Below are positions 9,535 through 19,600 of a DNA stretch of 64,000 nucleotides, in pieces. Made by a program: the position numbers and the translations under genes. Source of the stretch: an uncultured Planctomycetaceae bacterium (GTDB lineage Bacteria; Planctomycetota; Phycisphaerae; SM23-33); NCBI GenBank assembly GCA_964557575.1, contig CAZLBC010000012.1, positions 17,400 through 81,399 on the forward strand. Direction: 5' to 3'. Below the pieces are notes generated by a model. That model was given only the letters and a program-made list of their open reading frames with translations, was not told where the DNA came from and ran no database searches. Numbering within the stretch: the first letter of the stretch is position 1; every line of letters starts with the position of its first letter.

Positions 9535-10137
9535 TCAGGCATCGCCTTTGTTCCGGTCACGTTCCCGCACTATCGCGGCGGCCCGCTCTTCGGCCGCGCG
9601 CCGTATCTCGCGGTGCAGGTCATCTCCACCGGCATCTACGGTAACGATCGCCGGGAAATGCTCAATATCCAGCACCCATATCGCCTCGGGAATGCCGAAT
9701 TCCTCAAGGAGGTACACATCCTCAACCCGGCGCACGCATCGGGCAAGTACGGCAGCCAACCCGCCGGTCGCGTGAAAGTAGGCGGCGGCATGCGCCCGGC
9801 AGGCCGCGATCGTGGTCTCACCCATACCGCCCTTACCCATGATACCGGCGGGACCGTACGTCTCGATCACGTCCGCTTCGTAGGGCTCCTCGCGCATGCT
9901 CGTCGTCGGTCCGGCCGAAATCACTTCCCAGCCGTCCGGGGTCCGTTTCATGATCGGACCGCAGTGATAGATGATCGACCGGGACAACAGGTCGCCCAGA
10001 AATGCCGGCTTGTGTTCAACCATATACTTGTGGGCCATGTCCCGTGCCGTAACAATCCTGCCGCTGATCGACACCTCGTCGCCGGCATGGAGTGCCCGGA
10101 TCGCCTCCGGGGACGCCGGAAGCTGCAGGTCAATCAT
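9535..10137 (-). CDS. Class I fumarate hydratase / L-tartrate dehydratase, beta subunit
   Basis: TARDMAH, YHCGP, AGPTTSMR, GKGGM motifs. Confidence 0.92.
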   Translation of the reverse strand: MIDLQLPASPEAIRALHAGDEVSISGRIVTARDMAHKYMVEHKPAFLGDLLSRSIIYHCGPIMKRTPDGWEVISAGPTTSMREEPYEADVIETYGPAGIMGKGGMGETTIAACRAHAAAYFHATGGLAAVLARCVRRVEDVYLLEEFGIPEAIWVLDIEHFPAIVTVDAGGDDLHREIRRAAEERAAAIVRERDRNKGDA

Positions 10138-10990
10138 AGGTCACCCCATCCGCGTCCAGCGTCACCCCCCCCCGCCTGAAGGCCCAGCACATGTACGCAA
10201 TGGAAACGAAGAAGCTGGCCGGATGCCGCGCCGCGGCACCTATCTTGACACCCAGAACCGTGGTGTTCCCGCCGAGCCCCATGGGGCCGATGCCGAGTTC
10301 GTTGAGCCGGGCAAACAGGTCTTCCTCCAGTTCAGCCAGTACGGCATCGTCGTTGAGGTCATCCAGCCGGCGGAGGAGTTGCTTCTTGGCTAACCGGTGC
10401 GAACCGCACCGGTCGCCGCCGATACCCACCCCCAGTATACCCGGTGCGCATCCCATCCCCTGGGCCGAAACGACGGCATCGAGTATGCATCTTCTCACGC
10501 CCTCAGCATCCCGACCCGCTTCCAGCCGCACGTCGGGAAGGGAATACTGCGCGCCGACATTTTCACAGCCGCCGCCCTTCAGCAGCAGCCGTATCCGCAA
10601 CCGATCACCGCTCGATTCACGAAAATACATCTGCGGAATTCCCGCTCCCGTTCCGTCGCCGCTGTTGGCCCCGCTGACGGGATCAACGGCGTTCGGGCGG
10701 AGGAAATTCCGGGCGACGGCCGTGCGGACCGCGCCGACGATGTCCCGCCTGATCGTTCCTTCCTGAACGGACGCCGGGCGATCGACGTAAAAAACGGCGG
10801 TGCCGGTGTCCTGGCAGATCGGGACGGACGCCGCCGACGCCAGTGATGCATTCTCCAGCAGGGATCCCAGGATGGTATGCGCCCTCCCGCCGGGCTCCTC
10901 GTGTTCCCGGGCGGCGCGGAGGGCGCCGGTCACGTCGTCCGGCAGGACGGCGGATGTTTTCCTGATCAATTCGACGATTTCTTCAACCAT
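10130..10990 (-). CDS. Class I fumarate hydratase / L-tartrate dehydratase, alpha subunit (Fe-S)
   Basis: PICQDTG, KGGGCEN, GCAPGILGVGIGG, GPMGLGG, HPAS...CWA motifs. Confidence 0.93.
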   Translation of the reverse strand: MVEEIVELIRKTSAVLPDDVTGALRAAREHEEPGGRAHTILGSLLENASLASAASVPICQDTGTAVFYVDRPASVQEGTIRRDIVGAVRTAVARNFLRPNAVDPVSGANSGDGTGAGIPQMYFRESSGDRLRIRLLLKGGGCENVGAQYSLPDVRLEAGRDAEGVRRCILDAVVSAQGMGCAPGILGVGIGGDRCGSHRLAKKQLLRRLDDLNDDAVLAELEEDLFARLNELGIGPMGLGGNTTVLGVKIGAAARHPASFFVSIAYMCWAFRRGGVTLDADGVTYD

Positions 10991-11115
10991 GATCTCACCC
11001 GGTACCTTGCTATTGTCGCAGAAAACGGGGAACCATCAATACCATTTGTCACCTGGCACATGAACCGGCATTCGATTACCATGGAGCGAAATAATGTCTT
11101 TTCGAGAGGACGAGA

Positions 11116-11922
11116 ATGATGCGAAAAAAAAGCGTGACAGCGCCACTGGTACTGCTGTGGTACCTGGTGCAGACGACATCTCCCGCGGTCGCCGCACCCG
11201 GAACCGGGAAGGCCGCCGCACCCGGCTCACTCAGGATCCACCTGATCGGCTGGTCGCGAGAGTATGCCGCGGACACATCGCTGGCGGCGTGGCAGCAGAA
11301 CATGGAAAGGGAATATCGGGTGCGGTTCACCCGTTCCTTCGCCCCGGACAAGTCCCGGAAGCTGCCGGGTCTTGAAGATCTCCGGTCCGCAGATCTCCTG
11401 GTCGTCTACTGCAGGAGACTCCGCATCCCGAATGACCGGCTGGAGTTGATTCAGGACTACGTGAAATCAGGCCGGCCGGTGCTCGGCATGCGAACCGCCA
11501 GCCACGCATTCCAGAACTGGCTCGAATTCGACCGGGATGTCTTCGGCGGCAGCTACAACGGACACGGCCCCGACGAAACGGTCAGGATTACGATCCCGAA
11601 AACGGCCGCGGATCATCCGGTTGTTGCAAAGATCACGCCGTGGCAGTGGCGCGGCAAGCTCTACCGTAATGAAAAAAATGCCGAAGACACCATCACGTTG
11701 CTGATCGGAAAAACGGAAAAGGCCTCACCGCCGGTTGCATGGGTACGGGTGCTCAAACGGAAACAGCGCATTTTTTACACCTCGCTCGGCACGCCCGAAG
11801 ACTTCGAGAGCCCGCATTTCAACCGGCTTCTGGTCAATGCCGTAACCTGGCTGACCCGCAACGGCCTGGAAAAAACAGTGATTGAGAAGCGTGTTTTTCA
11901 CCCAAGCCCCCTGCTAAAATAG
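11116..11922 (+). CDS. Secreted ThuA-like (class I glutamine amidotransferase-fold) protein
   Basis: Signal peptide; GMRTASHAF, GGSYNGH, PVAW, RIFYTSLG motifs. Confidence 0.8.
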   Translation: MMRKKSVTAPLVLLWYLVQTTSPAVAAPGTGKAAAPGSLRIHLIGWSREYAADTSLAAWQQNMEREYRVRFTRSFAPDKSRKLPGLEDLRSADLLVVYCRRLRIPNDRLELIQDYVKSGRPVLGMRTASHAFQNWLEFDRDVFGGSYNGHGPDETVRITIPKTAADHPVVAKITPWQWRGKLYRNEKNAEDTITLLIGKTEKASPPVAWVRVLKRKQRIFYTSLGTPEDFESPHFNRLLVNAVTWLTRNGLEKTVIEKRVFHPSPLLK

Positions 11923-11935
11923 TTATCCATTTTAC

Positions 11936-11964
11936 TTGACGGAAAACGACGCTGATTTTATCAT
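11936..11964 (+). promoter_or_regulatory. Sigma70-type promoter
   Basis: TTGACG-17 nt-TATCAT in an AT-rich gap upstream of 12105. Confidence 0.5.
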
Positions 11965-12104
11965 TTCAATTCGTGAGACATATTTGTTATATGGTATACT
12001 GTTTTATATAGCAAATTCATTAGCCATCCCCGTCGCACGCCCGCGCGGCCGGGGATCAGGAGTGAACGGCAGTACGGCCTTCGCTCGATACACTATATCA
12101 TTCA

Positions 12105-13232
12105 ATGAAGATGATTTCTCAGTACGGCAATCACCGCGGATTCGAAACATTCGTGACCGCCGAGGCATCGCCTGACCTCCCCTTTTCCCGGGCCGTGGAC
12201 TCGCTGTTCGAACGGTACGACGCGATTCTGGAAGCCAACGACCTTTCGGCAGACTCCGGCGTATTCACACGTTTTCATGTCAGCGATACGGTGACGCAGG
12301 CGGAAGAGTTAACCGCCGCGCTGAAACCGCGCTTACGGGATACCATGACCGCGATCGTCCAGCAACCGCCCGCCTCGGGAAGCAAGATCGCCCTGGAAGC
12401 CTATCACATGGGCTGCCGGGAGGGCCGGTTCGAGAAGCTGATGAACGGGGAAAGCCTCGTGGTCCATCACGGGAATTACCGGTCGCTCTGGGGATCCATG
12501 GTGCCGGGAAGCAACGGCACCCCTTATAACCAGACCAATACCATCCTCGAAAACCTCTCCGAAACCATCAGCCACTTCGAGGGCACGGTGAAGGACAACG
12601 TCGTGCGGACGTGGTTTTTCGTCCGCGACATAGACAACAACTACAAGGGGATGGTCGACGCCCGGCGAGAGTGGTTCGAGCGATCGGGCATGACGAAGGA
12701 TACGCACTACATCGCCTCCACCGGCATCGAGGGTTGTTTCCGGCGTCCTTCCTGCACGGTGCTGCTGAACTATCTGGCCGTCTTGGGACTCTCCCCCGAA
12801 CAGGTCGAATTCATGAGCGCCCTGGACCACCTCTGTCCCACCCATGATTACGGCGTCACCTTTGAGCGGGGCACGCGGATCACCTACGGGGATCGGTCCC
12901 ACTTTTACATTTCAGGCACCGCGAGTATCGACAGCACGGGGGCGGTAATGCACTGCGGCGACGTGATAAAACAGGCGGGGAGAACGATCGAGAACATGAA
13001 CGCTCTCCTGGAAAACCACGGGGCCACCCTGGAAGACATGAAGCTGGTGGTCGTATACCTGCGGGACGGATCGGACTATACCATGGTGGAACGGTTCCTC
13101 CGGGACCACCTGCCGGCCGGCGCCGCCTCTGTCATCGTTATCGCGCCGGTATGCCGGCCCGAGTGGCTCATCGAGATGGACGGGGTCGCGATTACCGGCG
13201 CCGGTGATGAACGATTCGATTCGTTCTGCTGA
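12105..13232 (+). CDS. Multi-domain Rid/YjgF-fold protein, FkbO/Hyg5 chorismatase-like motifs
   Basis: VRTWFFVRDID, ASTGI, TFERG, ISGTASID, VCRPEWLIEMDG. Confidence 0.75.
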   Translation: MKMISQYGNHRGFETFVTAEASPDLPFSRAVDSLFERYDAILEANDLSADSGVFTRFHVSDTVTQAEELTAALKPRLRDTMTAIVQQPPASGSKIALEAYHMGCREGRFEKLMNGESLVVHHGNYRSLWGSMVPGSNGTPYNQTNTILENLSETISHFEGTVKDNVVRTWFFVRDIDNNYKGMVDARREWFERSGMTKDTHYIASTGIEGCFRRPSCTVLLNYLAVLGLSPEQVEFMSALDHLCPTHDYGVTFERGTRITYGDRSHFYISGTASIDSTGAVMHCGDVIKQAGRTIENMNALLENHGATLEDMKLVVVYLRDGSDYTMVERFLRDHLPAGAASVIVIAPVCRPEWLIEMDGVAITGAGDERFDSFC

Positions 13233-13250
13233 TGACCCGACACGGGCGTT

Positions 13251-14546
13251 TTATCCCCCCGCTTCCTCCATCGCAATCGCCGCCCAGTCCCACAACCGCC
13301 GGGGCTCGTAGCGAACGGTCGAGATATCCTTCATGATGATTTCGAGGTGGCAGTGGCCGCCGGTCTTTTCAATCGCCGCGCGGATAGCGGCCCGCGCCTT
13401 TGCGGGGCGCCAGGTATCCTCGGCGAGAACAGCCGGGTTGGGCTTGATACTCAGGACGTAATCGTCGCCGAGTTCCTCGACGGCACGGTCCATGTCGCAC
13501 CACGGACTGATCGAAACTTTCCGCAGGTTGGGGATCTTCTTCATCAGGTGAAACTTGTTGTGCAGGGGTTCACAGCAGCCGTAGTACGTCAGCCCCCAGC
13601 GCCCCAGCCACTTCATGGCGTGCTCGAGGGCGAATTCCCAGTGCATCCGGGGAGAGACTTCCGAGAAGATCTGCGCGTTTGAGCACCCCCACATGTTGTG
13701 CGGACCGACGGATGCCGGATCGTAATCGTCACCCGGAAGGTCCCGGCAATACCCGTACCCTCCCGACCCGACCCTGATGTTCCGGTTGTCCAGGGACAGG
13801 AGATTCATCTCCTCGAACTGGTCGAGCTCAACCATCCAGGCGTCAACCAGCCGCGCCACGGCCGCGTGCACGAGCGCGGGTTTCATGATCAGGTTCATGA
13901 TACCTTCCTGGATTCCCATCCACCGAATGAGGTAATCCCAGGGGGCAAACCATATGTGTGTCTGCCCGACCGTGCGGACGGGGAGTATGCCCTCGTACAC
14001 GTCGCACATCGCCCGGAACCGGAACGCGGTCGCCTCCTCGTTATGCGTGACCGTCGGCATCTCGATCTTCTCGATGTCCCCGGGCTCGGCAATCTGGATA
14101 TTAAAATGACGTGACACGACGTCGCTGGTCTCGTCGGTCTTCCTGACCTCGACATCCTCAACAATACCGAAATCGGTCGAGTGTATCGCCAGGAAACAGG
14201 AAAGAAAATCGTCGATCACCATATCCGCCGGCAGGTGCTTCCACTGGTAGAGCGTCCTCCTCAGTTCCCGTTCCTGGTCCCGGGCCCAGGGATGTTCGGT
14301 TTGCAGGGTGAGTTCGCCGTCGACATCCATCTCGTGCCAGCAAATCTCATTTATCCAGACCATCGGCCGCTCTGAGTCGAGGCTGTTGAGTTTCGTCCAG
14401 AGTTCCGCCTTCTCCCGGTGCGGGGGCAGGGATGCCGTCTCCGCCAGCTCGCCGGCGAGGGTGCGCAGCACCTCCCTGTCTTCGCGGGAAAGAACGATCT
14501 CCCCGGCTCCTTCCGGTGGGGCATAGTGACTCGGATCATGCAGCAT
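13251..14546 (-). CDS. Uroporphyrinogen-decarboxylase/MtaA-superfamily TIM-barrel protein of unknown function
   Basis: VSPRMHWEF, YYGCCEPLH, IPNLRKVSISPW, KPNP motifs. Confidence 0.65.
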   Translation of the reverse strand: MLHDPSHYAPPEGAGEIVLSREDREVLRTLAGELAETASLPPHREKAELWTKLNSLDSERPMVWINEICWHEMDVDGELTLQTEHPWARDQERELRRTLYQWKHLPADMVIDDFLSCFLAIHSTDFGIVEDVEVRKTDETSDVVSRHFNIQIAEPGDIEKIEMPTVTHNEEATAFRFRAMCDVYEGILPVRTVGQTHIWFAPWDYLIRWMGIQEGIMNLIMKPALVHAAVARLVDAWMVELDQFEEMNLLSLDNRNIRVGSGGYGYCRDLPGDDYDPASVGPHNMWGCSNAQIFSEVSPRMHWEFALEHAMKWLGRWGLTYYGCCEPLHNKFHLMKKIPNLRKVSISPWCDMDRAVEELGDDYVLSIKPNPAVLAEDTWRPAKARAAIRAAIEKTGGHCHLEIIMKDISTVRYEPRRLWDWAAIAMEEAGG

Positions 14547-14747
14547 GTTCTACTCCGGACATAGTTATACGGTACGGCGGACGGATGCAGCCGGTTCCTT
14601 GCCCGTCATAACGATACGGAATAAGATATATGTATTACAGGCGAACGCCGATGGCAATGAGAATCATGTTATCTTTCCCACGCACGGTCGTACCGTCGCG
14701 GACCCGGCAGGCGCGGACCGGCTCCGCCGCGGCCGCAAAGCGACGTC

Positions 14748-16235
14748 ATGGCCACCGATAGAGTCATCATCGACTGCTACACGGACGAGCCGGCCGGGCT
14801 CGGCGTCCCCCCCTTCCTGGGGGTGTGGCCCCGGTACCTGGCCGGCAGCTACCGGGATCTCCCCGCCTACCTGACGATCGACGACCTGCGCGCCGCCGCC
14901 CTCGAAAGAAAACCCGTCGCCACATACCTCGACCCTCTGACAGGAAAGACGAAAACACAATTCCTCAACACAACGAGGGAATACGAAGAAACGAGGGAAG
15001 TGCTCCGAACATGCCGGCAGGCGATATTCGTGGCGGGCGCCCACACGCCCGGAAAGTATCTCGCCGCGCAACCGGGCACCGTTCGCGAAATCATCGGCCT
15101 CGCGTCCCGCTACCGGTTCAGAAAGATACTCGCCGGCCCCGCGGCAATAGGGGGCAGCCAGTACACGGGCGGCCGGCGGCCCGAGCAGGCCGACCAACGG
15201 CAATTCGAACAGCTCCGCGGCACGGTATTTGAAAACTACGAGGAACTCAGAGATTACGCCGTCGCCGGCGCGGCGATACTCAGGCACATACCGCACCGCA
15301 GGATCGTGGAGATTGAAACGGGGAGGGGATGCCCGCGGGACGAAGGCTGCTCGTTCTGCACCGAACCGCTCAAGGGAGCCCCGGCCTGGCGCACAGCGGA
15401 TGATATCGTCGCGGAGATGACCGCCTGTATGCAATACGGCGCCGCGGCGTTCAGGCTCGGCAGGCAGTCATGCCTGCTGAGTTACCGCGACGGCAACGTC
15501 GCCGCGCTGCGCAGGCTGCTGGAAGGGGCGGCCGCGCTGCATCCGGCCATACTCCACATGGACAACGCATCGCCCGGTATGGTCACGGACGAGCGCATCG
15601 GACTGTGCGCAGAATTTCTCACCCCCGGGAGCACGGCTGCCATGGGCGCCGAATCATTCGATTCTGAAGTGATCAGGCAGAACAACCTGAACAGCAATTT
15701 CGAAGAAGTGTTTGAAGCGGTCAGGATTATCAATCGCCAGGGAGCAGCGAGGGGCGAAAACGGCTGCCATCGCATATTGCCCGGGATCAACATCGTCCTG
15801 GGACTGATCGGCGAAACACGGCGCACCCTGGACATCAATTACAAATGCCTGAAAAAGATCCTCGAAAGCGGGCTCCTGGTCAGGAGAATCAATATCAGGC
15901 AGGTGGTCCCCTTTCCGGGAACAAAACTTCACGAACTCGCCGGCAACAAATACCTCAGGAAAAACCGCCGCTATTACCGCAACTGGACCAGGAAGATCAG
16001 GGAGGAGATCGACGAGCCGATGTTGCGGCGGCTCTTCCCGAAAGGAACCGTTCTACGGGGACTCTACAGCGAGGTTCACAAAGGTAACGTGACCTTCCTG
16101 AGACAACTGGGCAGTTATCCGATTGTCGTGGGAACCAGGGAACGGCTGCCCCTGCAACAGCGATATAATATCAGGGTAACCGGACACAACCTGCGGAGCC
16201 TGGAGGGAGAGGTCATTGAACCGGGAAACGCGTAG
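14748..16235 (+). CDS. Radical SAM protein (COG1031-like) with C-terminal TRAM-like domain
   Basis: N-terminal IDCYTDEPAGLGVPP; EIETGRGCPRDEGCSFCTEP cysteine motif; FRLGRQ; RRINIRQV; RQLGSYPIVVG. Confidence 0.8.
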   Translation: MATDRVIIDCYTDEPAGLGVPPFLGVWPRYLAGSYRDLPAYLTIDDLRAAALERKPVATYLDPLTGKTKTQFLNTTREYEETREVLRTCRQAIFVAGAHTPGKYLAAQPGTVREIIGLASRYRFRKILAGPAAIGGSQYTGGRRPEQADQRQFEQLRGTVFENYEELRDYAVAGAAILRHIPHRRIVEIETGRGCPRDEGCSFCTEPLKGAPAWRTADDIVAEMTACMQYGAAAFRLGRQSCLLSYRDGNVAALRRLLEGAAALHPAILHMDNASPGMVTDERIGLCAEFLTPGSTAAMGAESFDSEVIRQNNLNSNFEEVFEAVRIINRQGAARGENGCHRILPGINIVLGLIGETRRTLDINYKCLKKILESGLLVRRINIRQVVPFPGTKLHELAGNKYLRKNRRYYRNWTRKIREEIDEPMLRRLFPKGTVLRGLYSEVHKGNVTFLRQLGSYPIVVGTRERLPLQQRYNIRVTGHNLRSLEGEVIEPGNA

Positions 16236-16241
16236 CGCGGT

Positions 16242-16571
16242 TCAGGATGCCTGCGCGGCCTCTTCTATAGCCGCAACCAGGTCGTCTTCCTTCTGCACTC
16301 CGACGAACTGCTTCACCGGGTCCCCGTCCTTGAAGATGAAAATGGCGGGAATCGCGGTTATGCCTAACTGGCTGGCCACCGTGCGGGCTTCGTCAATATT
16401 CAACTTGGCTATGGTCGCCTTGTCGCCGACCTTTTGAGCCACACTGTCGATAACGGGTGCTATCATCTTGCACGGGCCGCACCAGGGGGCCCAGAAATCG
16501 ACGAGGGTAACGCCTTCGGCTATTTCCGCGTCGAAGTTTTCTGCGGTGAGTTCAACAGCGTTTTCAGACAT
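16242..16571 (-). CDS. trxA: Thioredoxin
   Basis: VDFWAPWCGPCK; ATG at 16571 preceded by GGAGGT. Confidence 0.95.
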   Translation of the reverse strand: MSENAVELTAENFDAEIAEGVTLVDFWAPWCGPCKMIAPVIDSVAQKVGDKATIAKLNIDEARTVASQLGITAIPAIFIFKDGDPVKQFVGVQKEDDLVAAIEEAAQAS

Positions 16572-16691
16572 AACAACCTCCATGCCGGGACTATAAATAA
16601 CAGTCATGCGGTGAATAACAGACAATGGCAAGTATACCGTGATGCCGGCCAATAGCAACAACGGATTCCATCGGGTACTCATCTCAACGGA

Positions 16692-19600
16692 TTATTCAGT
16701 GAGCCAGGCAGGCAGGCCGGAATCGTCCTTTTTTTCGCCCGTTTCTTTTTTCCCCGCCCCGGGTGTTTCTTTAACCGTCCCACCACCTGATGCGCCCTTC
16801 TCCGCCCCGCTGTCGGCCGGCGTCAGGCGTTTTTCTGTTGCCGGTTTCTTCTCAAGGGTGTTGTTTTCGCTCCCGTCTTTCGCCTGCACAGCCGGTACCG
16901 TTTCCGGACGGTGAGCCCCCGGCGCCGTTTCCGCAGCAGGCGGTCGGGTTTTCGATACCATGAACCCCGCGTTAACCCAGTTGGCCCGGTCGTCGATAAC
17001 CGTATCGCCGGCATTCGAAACCGTCAGCACAATACGTTCCGATTCGGGAGGGATCGCCACGTTGAAGTGATGCACCATTGAATACTTCATCACGGGACTC
17101 TCGGCGAGGAGAATGGAGTCAATATACACCTTGAATACTACGCTGCCGCGTATGTAGTTCTCCGACAGATGGGCGTTCCTGATGCCGTCGTCGAGACCGA
17201 CCGTCGCCACGAATCGCTCGTAGCGTGGATCGAGCGGATAGTCAAGCGTAGAAACGGCGTGCACACCGATACCCTCTGTATATGTCCTGCCGGCGAGACG
17301 CAAGGGACCACCGGTAACGGACGCGTCGGCCTGCGGTTCCGTACCCCTTCCCGACACGGCCGAGAGCGGAGAAAGTGCGGAGAGGTGAACATCCGGGGGA
17401 GGATACTGTTCCCGTGCGGCACGGTCCAGCGCGGCTATCTTCTCATCCGCCCCGGACGTCACCATCACGATATTCCTCATGAGGGCATAGGCGGTCTCCG
17501 GTGTGTAGCCGTCGACGGATCGGCATTCGCAACCCAGCAAACCGGTCGTCATATCCTCGCGGCTGAGCAGCACGGCGGGTCGGCCCGCCACCTCGTATAC
17601 GTCCGGGCGCGGAACCAGTGAACCCAGCCGTTCAACGGCGGTCGCCCGCAGACCGACGGCGCTGAGCGGCGCCGCTGCACGGGTATAGATCGGCGCGTCG
17701 GCGGTGAGGGTACCGGAAGCATCCGCACCGAACATGCGTGCCAGGTGCTTTCTCATCGTGAGGTAAAAATCCCGGTCGCCGCCCGCGCCGTTCACCACCA
17801 GCGTACCGCCCGATTCGATGTATTCCTTCAGGGATTCACTCCGGGAAGGACTCAGCAGGACCGCGCCCGTTCCCGCCATGATCGCGGGCCCGGTTCTGCA
17901 GTCCCGCAGTTTCTCGAGCGACACCTTTTTGACGGCCAGTTCTACCCCCTCGTCGACCGTCAGCCGTCGCCCGAGTGCCTCCACGGCGCGGGCGACGGTG
18001 TCTTCGTCGCCGTATTCGACAACAACAACCTCGCGCGTCAACCGGGGCTCCCGCGCCGCCGGGCGCGGCCAGTACGAATCGAAACGGGGCCGCAACTGCT
18101 CGAATCCCGCGGAGATATAATCGATGAGATTAAAACCGACATTAAAGGCGGAATCGTTCGAACGCGAAAAGCCCTGTTCCCACACCTTGGTCAGGTCCGT
18201 CGAACAGTGGATCACCAGCGGCCGCGGGCCGGTGTGTATCATGTGCAGCGCGGGTTTTTCGTCAACCGCCAGGGGTTTCAGGTACACACGGTGCGACGGC
18301 GGTACCTTTTTCAGCTCGCAACCGGGAAACGCCTCGGCATAGATCTTTCGCATGCCTTCTTCAAAACCATCGTTCTTCCCCTCCGCGACGCTGAAGATGA
18401 TACCCCCCTCCATCGCGAAATTCCTGAGTCGGGCTATTTGCTTTCCGAGGATGATGGGCTTCCGCGCGCCGGTGATCACCAGTACCGGTGCGTCGTGCCA
18501 GCGATCGTTTGTGTTTATCTCGGCAATGCGCCGTGCAAAACGCCGTTTCGCCCGGCTGCCGGCCCACCGCAACAGGTTCGAAAGGGCCCGCGGCCGATTG
18601 TTCCAGTCGCCGAGGCGCTTGAGATGGTTGAACACGAGCGGGCTTCCGCCGTCGAGGAGAAAGAGCAGGGCGAAAGCCGTTTCGGAAAGACTCCCCTCCT
18701 GCCAGCTCCCGCTGCCGGCCTGCTTGCGGAACAGGACCTCGGCCCCCGCCCGGTACCAGTCCCGCTCGCCGAAATACCTTCTGCCCGCGGCGAGCCCGGC
18801 CCGCTGAACCCCGTACAGGTAATAGCATAACCGGCGTTGGGGACCGGCCTGCACCGTACCGCTCAAGGTGCCGGCAAAATTATCGTCGAACCACTGCAAA
18901 CCCTTCGCCAGTACGGGCGGCGGTTCGTAGACACCGCAGGCGAGGTACCGTTGCCGGTCTTCAAATCCCAGGCACTCCAGAACGCTCGTGAGTCCCGCCG
19001 CCGACATCGATCCCCGCGGGGCGTGATACGATTCTTTACCCTCTTCTTCACTTTTTCTGAACGGCGGCCAGTAGCTCCATCCCCCGTCCTTGAGCTGCGC
19101 CTTCAGCCAGTATCGCGACACAAGCGACCAGAACGATTTCGGAACCGCGCCGCCGCCCTTCCCGAACGCAGCTACCCCGAGCACGCCGTACTGCGACGTC
19201 GAGTTGTGGCAGGTATCGTTCCATATTGAATAATCCCAGCCGCCCTTCACCCGGTGGATTGAATAGATAAGCCGGCGCGCGTCGTGCTTGAAATACTTCA
19301 TATATTCGCCGGGAGCGCGCGATTCGGCGACAAACCACACCTTGCACCGCAGGCCCAGGGAGTACACCAGGTAGGTGTCGTAGGTTTTCAGGAATTCAAG
19401 GGCCTTCGCGACACATTCATCGTCCAGGTCCATACCGCCGGCGAACAGTGCGAGGACCGCAAGCGACGTCATGCCGACACTGCCCGGCCGGGGTTCGGGC
19501 TTCAATTTCAAGATCCCGGCCAGATTTCTCCGCACCGCCCTCCCCTTCCACTTGTATCCGGACTTGTCGATCTTAAGCGAGTACTCTTCGTAGCTGCTGC

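Noticed and set aside
11923-11931. DnaA-box-like TTATCCATT in an AT-rich gap
   Set aside because: Single copy with two mismatches; no box cluster or origin-associated genes.
16572-16682. N-terminal extension of thioredoxin (also the ORF-track extensions of hemA, pabB, tmk, holB and the operon genes)
   Set aside because: Downstream starts fit SD sites, stop/start overlaps and family N-termini better.
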